64,000 nucleotides of DNA from positions 992,001 to 1,056,000 of the forward strand of contig BCGN01000001.1 in NCBI GenBank assembly GCA_001599295.1, written 5' to 3'. A model generated the notes under the pieces. It made no database searches and was not told the DNA's origin. It saw only the letters and a program-made list of their open reading frames with translations. The DNA is from Sporopachydermia quercuum (Eukaryota). The stretch's first letter is position 1; each line of letters starts with the position of its first letter. The translations under genes were made by a program, and so were the position numbers. This document shows positions 60,880-64,000 of this stretch, in pieces.

Positions 60880-61595
60880 TTTGTCCGATCAAAGCGCAAA
60901 ACAATGTATATCAGCTGAAAATGAACCAGTTAAACAACACGTCGTATACAGATGTTCTGCTGACTCTAATATTTATGTCCTCTATCAATAATCGTCATTT
61001 AGCATGCGAGATAAATGCAGCATTGAAACCTCTCAGTACTTAAAAAAATTCAGACAATAAAAAGAGAGCTCATATCTGAGATTATTATCTCAGATAGTTT
61101 CCGAAATATATTTCACAGATCTCCAGCAGAAAAAAATACACACGAGAATGATCCAATCCATTGTGAAACAGGGTGTTCTTGTTGAAAATGTATCCAGAGT
61201 AAATAATATTGAAGATAAAATTGAATATCTGGTAAGATAGTACACTTTTCATTACTATTCATTATAAAGAACTATAACCATCAAGTGACGTTCTCCTTGA
61301 TTTCTAGTCCTATCATATAGTATGTACTCCCAAAAGTCTCCAGATTTCCCCCAAATAAGGTGCAATAACTGAAAAACTCGATTGGTTTGAACTGAAGATT
61401 TCTTGCCATCATTCTTTACAAGCAATCTAAGAAGATCAATAAATAGCTAAAAAAAAGAAGAAAAAAAAAGATGTTGATCAAACAAACATATATCATTAAA
61501 ACATCTGTTAGCTTTCTAAGAAGAGGAGCTATATAAATATATATCGCTATAAGGTTGAATATTGGACATCTTTCTAATAGCATCTCATTCTCACT

Positions 61596-61874
61596 ATGCC
61601 GTCACAACAAGAAGTTCTATCTCTGTATAGACAGTGTCTACGCAATGCTGGAAAGTTTGATAACTACAACTTTCGAATGTATGCTTTGCGAAAATCTAGA
61701 GACTCTTTCCGGGAAAAAATAAACGCTAGTGGTAATGAGTTGGCCGAAGCATACAATTTTGGACTACAAAATCTTCAACTATTGAGGCGACAGGCAGCTA
61801 TCAGCCAAATGTATACTTTTGACAAGTTGGTGGTTGAGCAAGCAAAATCACATAGTCATAAGGCAGGATTGTAG
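61596..61874 (+). CDS. ISD11: LYR-motif Nfs1 activator Isd11
   Basis: VLSLYRQ.LR...F.NYNFR.YA.R..RD.FR, L.RQ..ISQMYTFDKLVVE. Confidence 0.95.
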   Translation: MPSQQEVLSLYRQCLRNAGKFDNYNFRMYALRKSRDSFREKINASGNELAEAYNFGLQNLQLLRRQAAISQMYTFDKLVVEQAKSHSHKAGL

Positions 61875-62406
61875 ATATGCACTTTCAAATGGACTAAAAA
61901 AATGGTTAGGATGCGATAACATGAACAATGGCCTAGTACTAGCGTTACAGCAACACCTTAGATAGATGACTACATGGGTGGGGAACTACAGATTGAAGTA
62001 AGATAATCTAGTATAATCTTGTTGTAATGAAAATTGAGCGTCTGAACATATGAAGTACATTAAAATTACGGAATTTTGGAACTCACGGCTATTGAAGTTA
62101 ACATATATAATGTCATATTAGTAATAGATCGCGTATGTTTTCGCTTTATATCTCTTCACCCGATTCATTCCTCTCATCTTTGATTACCTTTCCAAACGAT
62201 TTTCATGTTGTGATATCGATCGGAATTAATAACCCATTCCAATTCATTGCGGAGTTAATATAATGGTACTAGTTGTCCAGGGGCATTCGGCAGATGCTTG
62301 CATATGATCACATGAAAATGCATATTTTTTTTCCCCCGCCAAATTAATAATGCCAGTTAAATGACAATCAAATCACCCATCCATTGTAGTTAAGTTGATG
62401 GTCTGA

Positions 62407-62601
62407 CCTGAAAAAGCGTTCTGGATCTTAGGATCATTAGCTCTGTTGAGAGCAGATAACGNGATAGATAAAAAGAAACTAGGGAAGTTTCTACTGGAGA
62501 ATTGGCAGAATTCAGCAATCGGTGGGTTTCAGAAAACAGAGGAAGATCTGCGTGACGTCTCCAATAGTTTCTTGGGATGCCGTTTCTTTCAGAACTCTTA
62601 A
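62407..62601 (+). pseudogene. Relic of the C-terminal part of a protein prenyltransferase beta subunit (GGTase-I beta, CDC43-like)
   Basis: Uncalled stop-to-stop frame reading PEKAFWILGSLALLRADNxIDKKKLGKFLLENWQNSAIGGFQKTEEDLRDVSNSFLG. It matches the family pattern (DTCY)AFW..SL.LL...YLL..TQ....GGF.K.....D.YHS.LG. No ATG; in-frame TGA at 62404; Zn ligands missing. Confidence 0.65.
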
Positions 62602-63870
62602 TTCGGTGGATAAATGAATAGTATAGTATATACACATACTCGTTTACTTGGCTTACCTTTTAAATAGAATAACGGCAAATATTATCAAAAAAAAAGCATT
62701 GCTCCGCAGCCAACTGACCAAGTGTATTCGTATCGCCAATTCGCTTATTGAAACAGTACATCATTAAAGTCATCAAATTATGTAAAGAACGCCTACTAAA
62801 TCAAAATAGTTCATCAAAACCACATCTTCTCATCTACTCCACATTGAATTTTATTTTTACTTTTAGCTTTTACTTTAAATCTTTACTGTTTGGAAGCAAA
62901 CTGGGCTCCGTCCCAACTCTCTCTACTGTATGTCTCAGTTTACTAGTCTCATCATTTCGATGCAAATTCGAACATTCTACTCTAAACTAAGTGGGTGATC
63001 GAATAGATAAACTTTCCTTTTTTATATTATTTTATTTGATCATGTTCAGAATAAGATTACTGGGCATTTCAAAAGTTCAGCAAAGCTTCCAGTCCTTCAA
63101 TATGTCGTTAAGCAAGCCTCAATTAACTCTCTTTTCCTCTTACCTATATTTTGTTGATCCTTCTTGTTGATGCGCATCCACTTGTTGATTTGGTACCAAT
63201 TTTTGCAGCTTTTAGTGTACTTATTTCCATAATTTCATTGATTTTACTCAAATCGGAAATTATGTAAATAGCAAACAAATAGAGAGCTTTTTATGAGACA
63301 TTTGAATTTTGACTGCTTGAGTAAGTAATATCACTTCATTATTTCTATTTTACGTTCTTTAGCAGGCAAATGAATAAGAGAAACATAGAAATCAAATATT
63401 ACTTTGCTATTAGTTATTCAAATTTTTGTATCTGTTAGTTGTTCATTCAAGTACATTGGTACATTGGAGTGTAAGCCTGTGGCTCTCTGATTGCATCTTG
63501 ACTTGCTACGTACTGAATGAATGAATGAGTAGATAGGTAATTAATTGAAATAGGGAAAACCTGCTGAAGAATTCATTGCTGAAGTTCTCGAAAGAAAGAN
63601 CTTGAAAGGACTCAAAATAAGAAAACCCTTCAACCAACGACAAACTTCAAGCAAATAATTTGCTATCAATCTGATCCTTTTGCTGTTGACTCAACCCCAG
63701 AAATGTTTGATCACTATTCTAAGATACGACAAGCAAAGTAACTCGAGACAAGTAACACAAGGATTTATCGTGTTTATTAAAGGTGTCTTTAAATGAGCTT
63801 TTGAGCTTTTGGATCAATAAAGTACTCATTTCGGTCTAATATTCATAACATCGTGTCGAAAAGAGGAAAG

Positions 63871-64000
63871 ATGATTTCCAATAATGTATTACGAAGTTCT
63901 TCTGAGAGCACCAATTCAAGGACCCCTAGTTCGAATGAGCTATTAAATCCTAACTCACATTTACTTGAAGCATCAAGATCAAGGTCATATTCCACATTTT
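63871..64000 (+). CDS. Possible 5' end of a Ser-rich gene running off the window
   Basis: AAG-ATG context (A at -3). Frame MISNNVLRSSSESTNSRTPSS... is open to the window end after a long intergenic region. Confidence 0.35.
   Translation, partial: MISNNVLRSSSESTNSRTPSSNELLNPNSHLLEASRSRSYSTF

Noticed and set aside
62601..62610. ATTCGGTGGA resembling RNase P RNA conserved region I
   Set aside because: The upstream GGGAA and the downstream CR-V partner are absent, and it abuts the CDC43-like relic.

Overview
AT-rich, gene-dense chromosome segment of a budding yeast (Saccharomycotina). CTG occupies invariant Leu positions, so it uses the standard code (not CUG-Ser or CUG-Ala). Scattered single 'n' bases suggest a collapsed heterozygous assembly. 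About 21 protein genes are recognisable: a 5'-truncated Taspase1-like threonine aspartase, GPR1, MUK1, a YPL071C-like gene, SNP1 (U1-70K), EFM4, an unusually long YRB2 with two Ran-binding domains, ARC15, ARG5,6, FIS1, RMD8, RTF1, KAP114, a YGL242C-like ankyrin gene, TAD1, an F-box gene, SPT6, TED1, SAP1, CAJ1, APQ12 and ISD11. Gene neighbourhoods match the ancestral (pre-whole-genome-duplication) Saccharomycetaceae order as I recall it. I reconstructed 10 spliceosomal introns in 7 genes that the ORF track misses. Four are in CAJ1, which has a 19-nt micro-exon and an AAG acceptor. There is a THI7/NRT1-like permease broken by two adjacent in-frame stops and a previously uncalled CDC43-like prenyltransferase gene relic. 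The most intriguing candidate is a hairpin that buries the 5' splice site of the U1-70K gene's own intron and carries a GAUCAC(G) sequence like U1 snRNA stem-loop I, a possible autoregulatory switch. All identifications come from motif recognition by eye; no searches were run. No rRNA, tRNA, CRISPR or intact transposon was seen.
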